Notes under the pieces: generated by a model
Databases searched by the model: none
Told to the model about the DNA's origin: nothing
The model's input: the letters and a program-made list of their open reading frames with translations, nothing else
Translations under genes and position numbers: made by a program
Assembly (NCBI GenBank): GCA_051047955.1
Contig: JBPGPT010000038.1
Span: 1 to 64,000 of the forward strand
Length of the DNA stretch: 64,000 bases
Direction of reading: 5' to 3'
Origin: Cystobasidiomycetes sp. EMM_F5
Taxonomy: Eukaryota
Part shown: positions 36,510-49,924 of the stretch, in pieces
How the letters are laid out: every line of letters begins with the position of its first letter
Position numbering within the stretch: the first letter of the stretch is position 1

Positions 36510-38984
36510 TCATCTGTACGAATACCCTTGCTGCGCAAGATATCCAGTCAGAGCTTTTGCGAGTTCCACCTGCTCTTGCGAGCTGAGGCTCGAGACGATG
36601 ATCTGCATCACTGAGCCGACAGTGACATGATTGTCACGTATGATACTGGAATAGTAAACGTAGGCGAAAAGACCCATCAAAAATCTGCAAAAAGCAAGCG
36701 ATTAGATATAGCAAACGCTAATTATGAGTTTTGCTTACTGGCAGTCCATGCGGTCTGTCATACCACCATGACCTGGAATGGAGTCTCCGAAGTCTTTTAC
36801 GTTGAATGCTCGCTTGAAGCCTGACGCAAAGAAGCCTCCGAAGGGCGCAACCAAAGAAGCAAAAACAGCCATCACTATCGCGTGAAGCTGAAATGGGGCG
36901 TACGGCAAGTGCGTGATCGAGAAGCCAGTCTATTGAGGGACATTTAGCGCAACGCACCGGATGCATAGATGAGCCGACTTACCACTACTTGTATGACAGC
37001 AGTCGCTTCCTGTGGTACATTCAGCGCCGTCCACTGAAACACATCGTTTGGCGTGCAGGCGACTGCAGAAAATGCCGTCGTTCCAAGGTCGGTGGCCGGG
37101 CAGATCATGTATGGAAAGCGCATGAACGCGGTCGCCCACTAAGGCCGCAAGCATGGTTAGGTACTCCGCGCTCTCATCACATCTTGATGCTTGCACTTAC
37201 TAGATAACCGAAGACCACGGTTGTAAAGAATGCGCCTACAAAACCTTCTACAGTCTTCTTAGGCGAGAGCTTTATGAGCTGGGTTCGTCCGAACAACATG
37301 CCTGATGTACGTTGCAAGAATATCAGGTTGGCTGAGAGGCATGATTGCCCGTACTCGCTTACCCCATACGTATGCCGCAATATCATTCATGATGACCAGG
37401 GACGCTGGCAACCAGAACCAGATGATGCCTTCCAAGATGTTATTCACGATAAAGTGGCTCGAAACCACGATGAGCAGTAAGCTCATGTGAATCCAGCAAA
37501 ACAGTCCAAACTGTCGTCGCAGTTGATTGCGTTTCAGATTAGTCACGAAACCGACGAACCCAAGCGTATAGAGCATAAAGGAGATAAAGCGGTGATGTCG
37601 CGCAAACGGCACAAAGTATGCGTCAACAAAGACGATATGCTGAACTCAGGACGTTAGCTTATGCGGAAGAATCATAATATACGAAAGTACCTTGAAGTAG
37701 TAGATCATTGTCTCGCCGTGTAGAAAGTAATTTGTCGCAGCGAAGAAATACCAAGATGTGACCTTTGACCAACGCTCTCTTTCGGCCTTCGCTTTCGCGT
37801 CCCGTGCAGCTTTTGAGGATGATACAGCAGTAAGAGAGTGTCTTCCGTTAAGGCCATCGTGTCGGTGCGAGTTTAGCGGTTTGGCAGCCACATCGAAGAG
37901 TGCGGAGATCTCCTTGAACACTAGAGCTTGACACACGATCACCAAGATGATGAGATAGACATGACCCATTGCTAGAAGGCCTGTAAGACGGACAGCTCGG
38001 TCAGCTCCAGGTGAGAACAAACAATGTAGGGACCGCCGGACCGCAGAATCCACCGATCATTACCAGTGTCCAGATTGTGCGCGTCGCTATACTCTTCCAC
38101 TTCTTTGTCGGGTCGTGATCTTGCCCGTATGCAGCTACTGCTTGATCAAGCTGGCCAATGGTAGACTTCGCTTGAATCTGCGATGACTGCTTGAGGGCGG
38201 TACCGCTTGATGCTACATCGATACCTTGTTGCACAGCACCCCGAGCGCCAGCTTGGGCTTCCACGAAGGAATTTGCTTGAAAAGCACGCGGAGTTTTCGC
38301 CTCGTAGTCATTAGCGGAAATTCTACCGTCTGGAGTCGAAGGACTGGCCTCGACGATATAGCTTTCGTCACGCTCGTCGTGAGCGTCCCCGCCCATTTCA
38401 GACGCCGTGCTGCTGTCATCTTCAATGAGTAGCGACATGTCCTCTTCCTCTGTACTTGCGATACTTGCAGCATCATCGTGCTGCTGACTGGGTGCAGCCG
38501 GCGGCCTGTTCATGGCTTTTGCAGTGGCATCCGTGAGAGCGGCATTGACACGATGCATAGAGTCTCGGGCAGCAGTGCCCAGGTCTGCAGCCCTTTGCAA
38601 GCCGTTTGTGAGTTGCGCAGCAACTTGACTTAGATCTCCTTTCGATATAGATGCATTATTGGACATCGTCTCCTTGTCTGCCACGCCATTGCTTGTAGAC
38701 GTGTTTCCGGCCCGCTGCTTTTCATGCAGAGAAAGATCGCTACCTATCCGTGTTGTAACAGGTTCGCCGACCGCAGCACTATTCGCATCCTTCGCCTGCC
38801 TTTTCTTGGCCGCTGCCGCTTGACGCTTTCGAGCCTTTTTACTCGTTCCCAGCGGGGATGTTATCGGCGACAGCAACGATGGCCCGCCATCTGCAGTATC
38901 ATCATCGTCGTCCGAATGGTCGTCGGCGCCTTCGACGTGTACTTTGCGCAGCCGGGCATTCGCATTTTCGAATTTCAGCATCAT
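36510..38984 (-). CDS. CDS1: Phosphatidate cytidylyltransferase (CDP-diacylglycerol synthase)
   Basis: [105 protein letters not shown]. Start is uncertain. Confidence 0.95.
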
Positions 38985-39260
38985 GACGTTCTCCAATGGC
39001 AGCCGTGTGACACTCACGCAGAGAGAAGGCGGATGGCGTTGCAAATTGCGATGTTTGTGACATGACGAGGCAGGCTCTTGTTGTTGTTCCGCCCTTGCAG
39101 GGTGTAAAGGGATTAGGTCTAAGCCTGTTTCACAGACCGGGGCTGCCACGAATCGCACCCGTAGTTGGGAGATACAAACCGCAGGCAATCACAGCGCAAT
39201 AAGTCGAGTTCTTGATCACATGGGTCTATGTATATATGCTGCAAGAGAGGCTTGAACAGA

Positions 39261-39990
39261 TTATGCTTCCGACTCAATGAACCCGAATCTTCGACTGCGT
39301 CCCAGACTGCTCTCATCATGAGGTAACTGCTCGTTCCTGCCCAGTGCTATCCCAATGTAACGCCTCTCTCGCCTAAGTATCCTTTCCGATGTTTTGCCAG
39401 AGTTGGCTGGGGGATCATTGGTGCCCGTCGCGTGAGAAAGTGCTGCATGATTATCGGAGGAACTCTCGCCGTCGACCGCTTCAGGCGACAAGCTGAGTGG
39501 TGTTGCCGAAATGCCTTTCGCAAGCCTCGCCATCGTATTTACGGGCTTGCTCTGTTTGTAAAAGCGAACATATCCCGGTTGCAGAGCGAAAAGGGTATGA
39601 TCTGTGCCCATACCGACCTGTCAGGAATTTGTATCAGCTGCTTCGCCTCTCTTGACTCTTAGCCAAGGAGCCGTGATACCCACATGCTGCCCGGGAAACC
39701 AGCTTGTCCCTCTTTGCCTGACCAATATTTCGCCTGCATTCACGAGCTGCCCTCCAAAACGCTTTACTCCCAAGCGACGTCCCGCTGAAGAACGATTGTT
39801 CTTCGTGCTGCCACCACCTCTCTTCGTAGCTGTACGTATTTGCACAGTACCTGCGAAGATATGTCAGTTCATGACTGGCTCGACAACGCGCTGCAGATGA
39901 CCCCTCACTTGGCTGAACATCGCTAAATAGCGAAGAGATTACGCAGCGGGATGTTGAAGCCACGCAGTGCCGGGACAGGAGGGTTAACAT
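39261..39990 (-). CDS. MRP7: Mitochondrial ribosomal protein bL27m
   Basis: [71 protein letters not shown]. Confidence 0.93.
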
Positions 39991-40162
39991 GGTGGTTCGC
40001 GAGGGCGTCAAAGATCTCAGCGGGCTTGGGGTTGTTTAGAGGATAGATGTGCGGCAATCGGACTGAAGACACTCATGGCCAACGAATTGCAAACGCTTTG
40101 CAAACAATGAATCACCAATTGTCCCGTTACTATTCACACACCACTTCCCTTCACTTCACTGC

Positions 40163-43100
40163 TCATGACGACAATCTTAGGTGAGCTAAGCTAGGCGCAG
40201 CCGTAGCGGACATTGCGAGAGTGGCTACTCCGGCTTGCGACGAAGATAACGCATCCGATGGCTTCGAGCCGCTGAAAAGGTCCGGCCTGGTTTGCAACGT
40301 TTGCAGCGGCGGCGTTTTCGTACCGGCATAAATGTGACTGTGCCGCCGGATCTGCGAATCGAGGTAAGCCGGCTACACGAATTTGGCATCGGACATGACG
40401 CACCATCGTTTTCTCCTCCATCAGAGTATTGTACCGAAATGCGACACGTACGTTAGGTACATTGGTTTTGTCTACAACGTTACCTTCTGCCCCTGGAAGG
40501 TACCAGTCGTGACCCAACCAATGCCGCTTGATTTCCATTTCAAATCCACTTTGAATGACGCTGTTTCGAGCCAGCTCGCACATATCCGCAGGAGAGAGCT
40601 TGTAGATTTGCGCAGCCACACTGTACTCTTCCATCAACGGCTCCTTGGTGTAATGAAGCTGTAAGGGATCGTCCGTCGACAGGCTAACATTCATGCCCAA
40701 TTTAAAGTACTGAGGCAACGGATTGCGCTCATATGTCAGGAAGAGGGCATTGTTCGATAGCGGCGACATGGCAACACCGATCTGCTCCAGGTAGAAAAGA
40801 TAACATAACGCCGGCACTTTCCTTAGCAGGATTCCGTGCGAGATCGAATGCGAAGTCAAGAACGCAGACGTAAGGTGATCAGTATCTCCAGCTTCCCCAG
40901 CGTGAGGGCGTAGTACAAATGTGTCTGAATGCGGATATCAGCATTGTCACCACCTGGACGAGGTCTAAGCTTACTGAAACCACGAACGCGCCGCCAGTTG
41001 TTGAGACTGGACATGTTAGCGAATAGATAGCTACACATTGATTCAGTCCAGGATGCGAACGTTTCAGGCCAAGCTGCTTACAAAAGCCAGTAATTGTACG
41101 GAGGGTTTTGCGATGTATTCCAATCTTTCGGGAAAGGATACTCTGACATTGCACTGTTAGCTTCTATCACACCCTCGGAGACGGCATGTTCACATACTTC
41201 TATACAAACGCCTTTCTGGTTTGGACTCGTCATCAACGCTGTCAAATCCTATTACGCGCTGTAGGAAGACGTGAACCTCGGGATGGGTGCTTGGGTCTTG
41301 CGTAACCTCAAACAGGGGCTGGAAAATGTCTGAGAGACAGTCGGTTTCGGATCAGCTTTCTAAATGAGGTGGCATTGCGATGCGATACATACTTTCTATA
41401 ACTTCAACAAATGACTGTACAGAACCACTAGCCTTGAAGACTTCGTACAGCCGAGGAATCTGGATTAGCCAGCGGACATTGTCGGAAAAGAGCTTGTTGT
41501 GAACGACCCATTTCGCCAGCTTGTCCCACTCGCCTCGGGAACGTCCGTAGATTGAAATTCTGTACTCAGCCATCTGATACTTTGTCGCATGCAAATCTTC
41601 GAACACCTCCTTTGTCACTTCGGCAAGATAACGTCCTTGAATGTGGTTATCGGTCTTGAGGAAAATCTCCCTCAATCGGCTTTCGCCGATGGGATCTGAG
41701 GTGTTTGCAAGCGTCAAGACGGCACCGACTTTAGAAGTGTGCTATACACACTGTACTTAGCATTGAAGCGATCAAATCGGTGGAACGCATCGCGGTGAGC
41801 GTGCATGTCCAGAGTATCAATGGAGAGATCGTAGGCGGTCAAATTCAACGACTCGAAGACTTGACGCAGCGTAAGTAAACGACCATCTCGGAATGTCACT
41901 GTGTCCTATAAACAAGCATTCAGGACACAGTCACCGACTGTATGGTCGAAGGAACAGCAACATACTTCTTGGCATTTTTTCATCTTCGACTTGATGAAGC
42001 GTAGTAAATGTTTCTGGTTCATACAAGCGGAGTGATGTACATGCGTATCCACTTTTCTGACGTTATAGAAGTCACTGTATTTACGACCCGCCTCATATCA
42101 GTAATTCTGCGAGGCACTGCTCGTTCGGACTCACCGATGAGGAACCCTCTTCATCTCCGCCAGCTCTTGATATTCGTTGAGTAAGCAGTACAGTTGCCAT
42201 CTCGATTCCAAATACTTGATGCGTCGGTAGGCGAAAGACTTTGCTGGACCATCGGAGATGACACCCAGGATATACTCCAGGTCTAGAAAATATTCCTTCA
42301 ACGTAGGGATGGAAAACACAGCATTTGCAGCCGTTCGTTCTTCACAATGTGTAAGCATGTCAGGCGTGCCTGCACAGCATCCATTCCATAGCCTTGGCAT
42401 CACTCACCGACTTGGTCATTCTCGTACACCTGGTATACCCCTTGGCTATCGATAGCATACCTGTAATAATGGGCTCCAGGTATATCACATTCTGTAAAGT
42501 CGAAGCGATTTTCCGCTGGTCGCACTGACTCGCTAGACGTGCTTGCAGCTGCATAAGGGTCACGAGACTCCCAATGTGGCTTCGGTGGCCGAGGGTAAAC
42601 CTTCCACGGCTGGAACTGAGGGTTTTCGTCCAGTCCTCTGGTTTCATTGCCGTTCAGTTCCGGCGAGCGATGTGTGTCTTCAAACGATACCGACGGTGTT
42701 CGAGCGGGCGTATACGCCGGCGTCTGCGGATTGCATGTACTTGTAGACGTAGAGTTACTCCGAGGTGCAAATTCGCCGTCGTAATTGATCGGGTTATCCT
42801 CCAGTCTCTGACACGAGAGGGCGATATACTTGTCACGAAGGTCGATGCACGTCTGAAAGGCGGCGTAGAGCTGTTGAAGCTCTGCCGAAACAGCTTCAGC
42901 ACCATCTGTTGCTTGAACTCCCTCGCCTTGCAAGCCAAGTTCAATCTCTTCGTCGTCATCGGCATTCGTGATAGCAGTTGAGTATGGTGGATGCTCCTTG
43001 TACTGGAAATTTGGCACGCCCGATGGCATTGCGGCACGACTGGGCGAATTCCCATTACTGGATGGTCTGACACGGCGAGTAGTCTCTGGCGAGAGGCTCG

Positions 43101-43721
43101 ATCTTCCCCTACCATTACTCGGATCCGTCCTATCAGGCGTCTCGTTGCCCGCCGAACTGTTGACTATTCCCGTTGCAGCTGACACATCGACAGTGGAAAT
43201 ATCAGACGACATGCCGGTGGTCGGCGCGCGAGATTTTATCGGCGAGGAGGGCAGACCCAGCGAAGTCGTACGCAGTCTTCCGCTAGATATGGCAGATGTA
43301 CCGGATGACGAGATGCCACTTCCGGGCGGCAAGCTTGCATGCGCTTGACTCGATGGAGATGCTAGTAGTGTGTTGAAGTCGGGCATGACAGCCTGCGAAG
43401 ATTGGACATTGACACTGTCTTGGGGCTGAGTGGCGAAATACTTTGAATCCAGCTGTCAACGATGTGATGTGGGTGCATTGGATAAGAGTGCGAAAGGCAC
43501 CAGCTTTGTCAGCAAGCTTCAAATGTGTCAACGACTCGGAAACAAAGTCGCACCATCTGAGACCGTTTGTGTTCGGTTTCATCAAAGAATGGGTTTGCGC
43601 CAGGTTGTGGGGACGATGGAGGACTCAGCCAGTCTGGTCTGCCTATCGGTGTCACTCCCTCGCTGCTACTTGGATCTTGAAGATGCGAACGCTTCGCGGT
43701 ACTGTCATTGTTCGCCGGCAT
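40163..43721 (-). CDS. AMD1: AMP deaminase
   Basis: [83 protein letters not shown] likely first exon starts at 43721. Confidence 0.97.
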
Positions 43722-45635
43722 CTTATCGAAAAGTGAATATGACGATAGATATGGAGGTTGGTTATGAAGCCGTACAGACGAGGACGCCGGTCGGATGTAG
43801 AATCGCAGACAGATTGAGTGGTAAACCTGTAAGCAGCGGTGCTATGCGGTCGAAGTAGGGGCAAGGTTTGTGACGGAGAATATAGGTCGCCTGCTATTGG
43901 TTGAAGTCGCAACGATACAGTAGCCAATACATCCCACAAGGTTGTTAACTACAACGCTACAGTCTATGATGGGTGACATGATGGTCCCACCGTTGCGCCT
44001 ACTTCTTATCCATCTACTTTATACCAACGGTCTCGAGGCCCGCTAATCGCATCTTGACTGCGACTTCTAACACATAATCTAGGCATTCAGCTTGCGACTT
44101 TGCCTTCTCCCAATCAGGCCCCCACGAGTATGTGCCGTGCCTTCGGACAAGAATAGCGGGGCTAGGTAGGGATGTAGAGAAGAAAAGGCATCAGATGTTC
44201 AGCTAATCACGGCACACCTGTGAGACTAAACGCACGCATCGGGATACTCCTTTAGCGTCTTCTCCATATCAAACCTGAGGTCCTCTTCATTCGGCGTATT
44301 CTCGATTATGGGAATGACGAGTGTATCGAGATCTAACACACGCGCTCAGCGAAGTTCACAAGATAATCCAAAATTTGACAAGCTCACACGACATAGCTTT
44401 GCCCATTCCTCCTATGCGCATCCCCTTGATCATCTCCAGATGCGACACTTCAAATGTCTTTCCCGGCCACAGTAGGGTAGCCATGACTGCATGCTGAGAG
44501 TGTGTATGAATGCACGCATAGCAATCACGCTGTTCGTAGCAGTTGTAGAATATAGGAGTGCACGCAGATTGCTTTAGCGGCTTCTCAGGCGCTGGCGAGC
44601 GGAGAACTTGGCGTGTTTGTAAGACGAGAACAAAGAGGTCTGTCGGGACTATGCGTTCTTTTTGCACACCTGAAGAACATTTCTCATTAGAGAGGTAATC
44701 GAGTCCTGCTCAAATGAACGATCCCATACCGGTTGGTGCGATATAAATATGATCTCTGTTAAGATATCACAAAATTACCGGCCGTACTGGTCAGCGTCTT
44801 GGCTTAGCCCACCCTTTGCGAATGGACATTCCTCCACCAGTGCCCGTTACCCATCCAAGCGTATAGAATCCGCGGCATAGTCTGGTATTTCGTCGTGTGA
44901 GGCGTTAGTTTTGGCCAAAGTCCGACAATTAGCCGTCTGTCAATTCACTCGGGGATGAGGTTTGCGGGATGAGTTGGATCATTGCTCAGGACGAGGGAGT
45001 GGTCATTCATGCTGATGGACGGAGTACAAAGTCAGTGCACGCCTTCAGGGGTGATCGAGAAGCCGACAGTTTGGTCGACCGAAGTCGCAATGCATGCAGC
45101 GTTTCGTGATTATTGAACCGCTGTGTGCGCTTCATGAGGCAGTATGAACTGTACGGTACGGCAGCGTGCAACTCGTTACGACACTCGCAACATGCTTCAC
45201 GCGCACGACCACACGATTTCGTTTCAACGGTGCGGGAATGACCGAAGAAGCAAAAGCGCAGAGCTCCGAGAGTCGTTGAGCGGAGGGCGCCGACTCTGCG
45301 AATCGTCATTTGAAAGCGCTGAGTGGGCGCACTGATTGCTCACTTTCCTGCATTTCCAGCATTACTTTAACGGCAATCTCCAGTCGACACCCTCTCACCA
45401 ATCCCCGCTCAACTCGTATCTATCTGCCAGCCTCCGCTTCACAAGCGCCGGCTGACACATTGCTTCTCGGTGTGCACCGTGTGGCCACGACTCGCGCAAA
45501 GGGGGTCTCATCCTTCTCATCCGAGTGACATTGCAGCTAGCCGAGCACAGACTGACAGCAGCTCAAGTCAAGCTACCCTTCTCGCTCTCCCACATCCAGT
45601 CGAGTTTCCTCCCCGGTCGCGACTCCGACACCGTC

Positions 45636-47422
45636 ATGGCTGCCCATCAGCCAAACAATGCCGCACGGTCCCTCACAACAGGCGCAGTCTGCGAACATGT
45701 CCATGCAGTCCGAGTGAACAGCAAAGATATCACCGCAGCGGAGACAGCGGAGACAGCAATGAAACATCCACTGTTCAGCGCCTCCAGCCAGCTCGCAAGT
45801 GGATTCAACATACATCCCTACGCGACGCGAGGGGCTCGGAAATCTGCTCCACCCTCCGCTTTCTACAAGTCGAACATACACGGCTCCACTACGCCCAATA
45901 CGACCCTCTCCACTATCGCGACCACCAAAGAACATGCCCCCACTACGGTCAACCCCTTCAAACTCACTTCGATGCTGCTCAAGACTAGATGGCTAAAGCA
46001 GACAAGTAATGCAGATGATGATAGCGATGACGACTTTGGATGCTGTGGATTGCTGCCAGAGGAGAACGAGAGTCAGCGGGAATTTGACGAGGACGCTGAA
46101 CTTGTCATTCGCCTCGAGCAAGGCATGTCGTATCGGAGTAGTAAACGAGAGTCGGACTCGTCAACAGAGAGCGATGGTGAAGTGAGCGCGAAAATATCTA
46201 CCAGTCACATTCTTAATCTGACTCACTGCGCTATTGCCGTGCGCAGTACTTGACCTCTCCAGTGCCATGTCTCTCCGTTTCCTCCGTTTCCACAGCATCT
46301 TCGTCGCCTGTCTTCCGCTCGCCAGTCATTGCCAGCGAACACTACACCTTTCCTCCCAGGTCGGTTGCGCCGGCTCCCGCGGCGAAAACTGCGCTGCCAA
46401 GGGTGTCGGCACAGCAAGAATCCGTATACGCTTCATCAACTAGTCGCTCCAGATCGCTCGAAAGTAACGCGCTTCTCTCCATCACTGCACATGCTCCATA
46501 TCGTGCACCTATTCCTCCTTGTTCTACGCCCGTATCCAGAACTTCGATTGAAGTCCCCTCAAGTCAGAAAGCGGAAGCTGACGATGCCGGAAGAGCAGAA
46601 TCGACTCTTATATCGGCAGCCACAAAGTTGGCAGAAGAGGAACAAGCTGCTATAGATGCTCTCGACTTCTTCTTCGCCAGTAAAGAAAGTCAGCGACGCG
46701 CGACTTCGCCAGGGGCGTTAGTTGAGCACTGTGATCGGAGTCTCGCGATGGTTCCCCATCGTCTGTCGACGGTCTCCAGTGAGGCGTCTACAAATGGCGA
46801 TGTGCCGGACATCGCAGCCATCGCTCGAGCACAAGCGGAGCGTACGATGCGTGTTGCCGAACAAGCAGCACAAGGCAGGCGTCGTTTGACCCTCGTCTCT
46901 CCCACCATACAACAGGAGCAGTATCTCCTTACCGCGCCAGATATCTTGCCTCCTTCGACGAGCAGAGCAGTAGTACCGATATCGTACAAAAAGCCATTTG
47001 TTGCTCGTCGCAGACCTAGTGCGCCAGCTTTATCGTTCGTCAAGGCCCGTATCCTGCCTGTCGTTTCCGAGGTACAATCTCCAACAACAAGCATTCCGAC
47101 GAGCAGATCAAGGTCGCGCACGTACAGCGCCGCTCCGTCAGGAACTACTGGCTTTCGCCGTAACTCTCATTCTACTTAACCAGTACCGAGTCTTCCATAC
47201 CTGCCAAGTCCGGAACATCAGTACTCGGGAAGCCAAAGTTACGCCGCCGGTAAACAAGACCTGCACATCACAGTCCCCGTCACGACCGTTGACAGAACCA
47301 TCTCGGAAGCGCTGAGAGCAAGGTCACCAACATCACCAAAACGTGCAGTCTTTATGCATAGGGGTTCAACGCTGCCTCCGGTCGAGATGCCAACTCCTGA
47401 TAGACCCTACGTATTCATCTGA
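45636..47422 (+). CDS. Hypothetical Ser/Pro-rich, probably disordered protein
   Basis: Two long ORFs (242 and 309 aa) joined in frame by a GTGAGC..CAG intron at ~46182-46247. The 3' end is uncertain. Confidence 0.5.
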
Positions 47423-47848
47423 TTGCATGATTCGACCGAAGGACTCGTGAAAGCCAAACACCAAAATTATCCGATATCTGCTGTCGGACATGTAACATAT
47501 TGCTCTGTGGGTATGGACGCTGAACGCTCAGTGGAAGAATGGTATGCAGACGGGTCTTGACTGACATAAGGCCAGAGTCTAGACGGGATAGAAAGACTCA
47601 AACCCAGGCGATGCCAGATGGTGTCACAGTGCGATTGCTGTGAGGCAGCGCATGCTCATCAATGTTGTATCAGTAGTCACCGGGAAGCTGCTAGGGGAAT
47701 CCGATTGGCGAACAATTGTGGTTGGGGGTAATGACATGAACACAACGTATCTGACAAGCTGAAGCACAAATCGCCTCGCCATGTACACTTTCTACTGACT
47801 ATGAATCTAAAGTACGCAATCCTTTTCTTTTAAACGCATCGGCAGCGT

Positions 47849-48940
47849 TCAGTAGTACGGAATGTGTGATGTCGAAGGCTTTGTGGCATTTTCGGGGAAG
47901 TAGGCAAGCGGTGTGTAGACCGGCGAGGCAGGGACCGATCGTGCGCCGCGAGCACTGATCTGCGTCAGAGGCGCTAGGGTAGCTGAAGTGGAGTAGCGTT
48001 GAAGAAGCATTCTCGGTCGTTGCGGCATCAACGGTGGGTGTTCTCGAGCGGACGAAGAAGTCGGAAATGCAACGAGGTTGGCGGTAGGAGACAGTAGCTG
48101 CCGCATCCTGGGATCTGAATTGGTTCGCACGTGCTGTTGACGTCCACTTTGCGATGGCGTATATGGGCGAAGATTTCTCGCGTCTGTAACGAGCATGCCA
48201 CCATGTCCATCAGAGATGATAACCTGCTGTTTGGGTTGAGCAGGAGGACGTGATATAGCATGTCGGTCGAGCCCCATTTCGGCAAGGTCTGCATCACTCA
48301 GAGTATCCAAGATGATTTGATTGACAGCCTGGTCTCGCTTCACTTTGCTGTCGTCAGGCTGTATGGGTGATGCCGCCCGGCTGGACGGTAGACTAGCGTT
48401 TCTCGAGCTCCGTACAGACCCCCTATGCGACGACCGCTTACTTCGGCCTTCGCGACGAGTCCGACAACTCCTGCACGATTGACGAGAGTGACGAGACTTG
48501 CGTGAGCGATGGGATCTGCGTTTTGATGCTTCCGAGGACGAGGACGAGGAGGAAGAGGACTCGTGCGAGTGTCCGCTACTGTCACTGTTGCTGTCATCCG
48601 AGCTGCTTGATGAATGATCCGAGACGCGTCGTTGAGACCTCGTCCTGCTCTTGCTTCTCTCCGAAGTCACGTCAGTTATGGAGCTCAGCGATCCTGATCG
48701 CTGACGGTGTCGGGAGCTAGGCCGAGACACGGAAGGCGGACGCCGCCGGTGCAAAATTTTTGATGTACGGCGAGACTCTCTCTTCGTATTCACTGCCAAA
48801 GGTTTGCGAGAATCGGCTTGTATGGGTAACGATGATTTTGCATGCTTGTTTGCAGTCAGCTGGAGCTGTCGTGCAGCCAGACGAGCAATGTTGATATCGC
48901 TAAAGTCTGGCTCGTGCATCTCTGGCGGATGTAAAGCCAT
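47849..48940 (-). CDS. Hypothetical Ser/Arg-rich low-complexity protein
   Basis: Single ORF of ~363 codons from the ATG at 48940; no recognised domain. Confidence 0.6.
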   Translation of the reverse strand: MALHPPEMHEPDFSDINIARLAARQLQLTANKHAKSSLPIQADSRKPLAVNTKRESRRTSKILHRRRPPSVSRPSSRHRQRSGSLSSITDVTSERSKSRTRSQRRVSDHSSSSSDDSNSDSSGHSHESSSSSSSSSEASKRRSHRSRKSRHSRQSCRSCRTRREGRSKRSSHRGSVRSSRNASLPSSRAASPIQPDDSKVKRDQAVNQIILDTLSDADLAEMGLDRHAISRPPAQPKQQVIISDGHGGMLVTDARNLRPYTPSQSGRQQHVRTNSDPRMRQLLSPTANLVAFPTSSSAREHPPLMPQRPRMLLQRYSTSATLAPLTQISARGARSVPASPVYTPLAYFPENATKPSTSHIPYY

Positions 48941-49577
48941 GTTGACAGTACTTTGGAGGTTTCGGAATTGAGTGTGGTGTGAAAAAATTATCGTTACACC
49001 TACGGGATGGATGCGAAGAGAAGAGTCGAGGAGCTTAGTGTCAGCCTCCTTCACATCTTTGAGGCGTCGCAAGCCCGTCCGAGATGTTGACTCGCTGCGA
49101 ATCTGATCGGAGCGAAAGCAGACCCTTGATCAACGAAATTTTCAATCAAGTCAGTGAAAAGGGTGGATCCGAGCTCAACAATGCTATGCATGTCAGTGAT
49201 AGCGCTGTCAAACCAGCACAGCCGAGGCGGTTTAGGGTTCCGTCTATCAGAGAGGCGTCACCCATGATGCGTTTGACCGTTTCTGGTGGATCAGCCGCCT
49301 CATCAGTCACCCAAAAAATTGACAATGTCGCTTGTCTTGCTTGCTTGCCTTTGATGTTGCTTGTCTTGCATGTCACTGGTATGATTATAGATACAAACAT
49401 CGACTGGCGATTAACGCTAGATTTATCCGTAATTGTACAGCTGCGTTAGTTTGAACCTGGCATGGAAATAGCCGAAGGGAAACAACTCTGGAAGAGTGAA
49501 GGGATATCACAGCGTTACCGGTCTTATCGTGTCATACATTACAATGTGAGTGACATTTTGCAAAAAATAAGAATCGA

Positions 49578-49924
49578 TTAGCACCAGCAGTTGTCACAGC
49601 AATTCTCGCAATCCCAACAACACCTTTCGCAGCAGAGGCTGTCGAATAGTAACCTAGTCAGCGATTGCCAGTCGAGCCAGTCGGAACCATATCGACTACC
49701 ATTCTTCCTACTCACTCGCACTCGAAGCAACCCACAGCGCCCACGCCTGTACAGCAGGCACAGCACTGCCAGCAAGGATCTCTCGCTCCATATGCGTGAG
49801 TTCCCGATGCGTATGACCCGTAGCCTGAATTATAGCTTCCGTATGCGCGAACACCTGGCGGAGGTATAGCCATTGCTGGCGTGCCGATGTACGATGTTCT
49901 ATTCACCATCATGGGTGTTGCCAT
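49578..49924 (-). CDS. Small Pro/Gly/Tyr-rich protein with Cys-rich C-terminus (CYSTM- or metallothionein-like)
   Basis: Exon ...DPCWQCCACCTGVGAVGCFE spliced to DLCCERCCWDCENCCDNCWC*. Confidence 0.65.

Noticed and set aside
43800..45600. Long intergenic region with short ORFs
   Set aside because: No recognisable domains, RNA gene or repeat; most simply a divergent promoter/UTR region.
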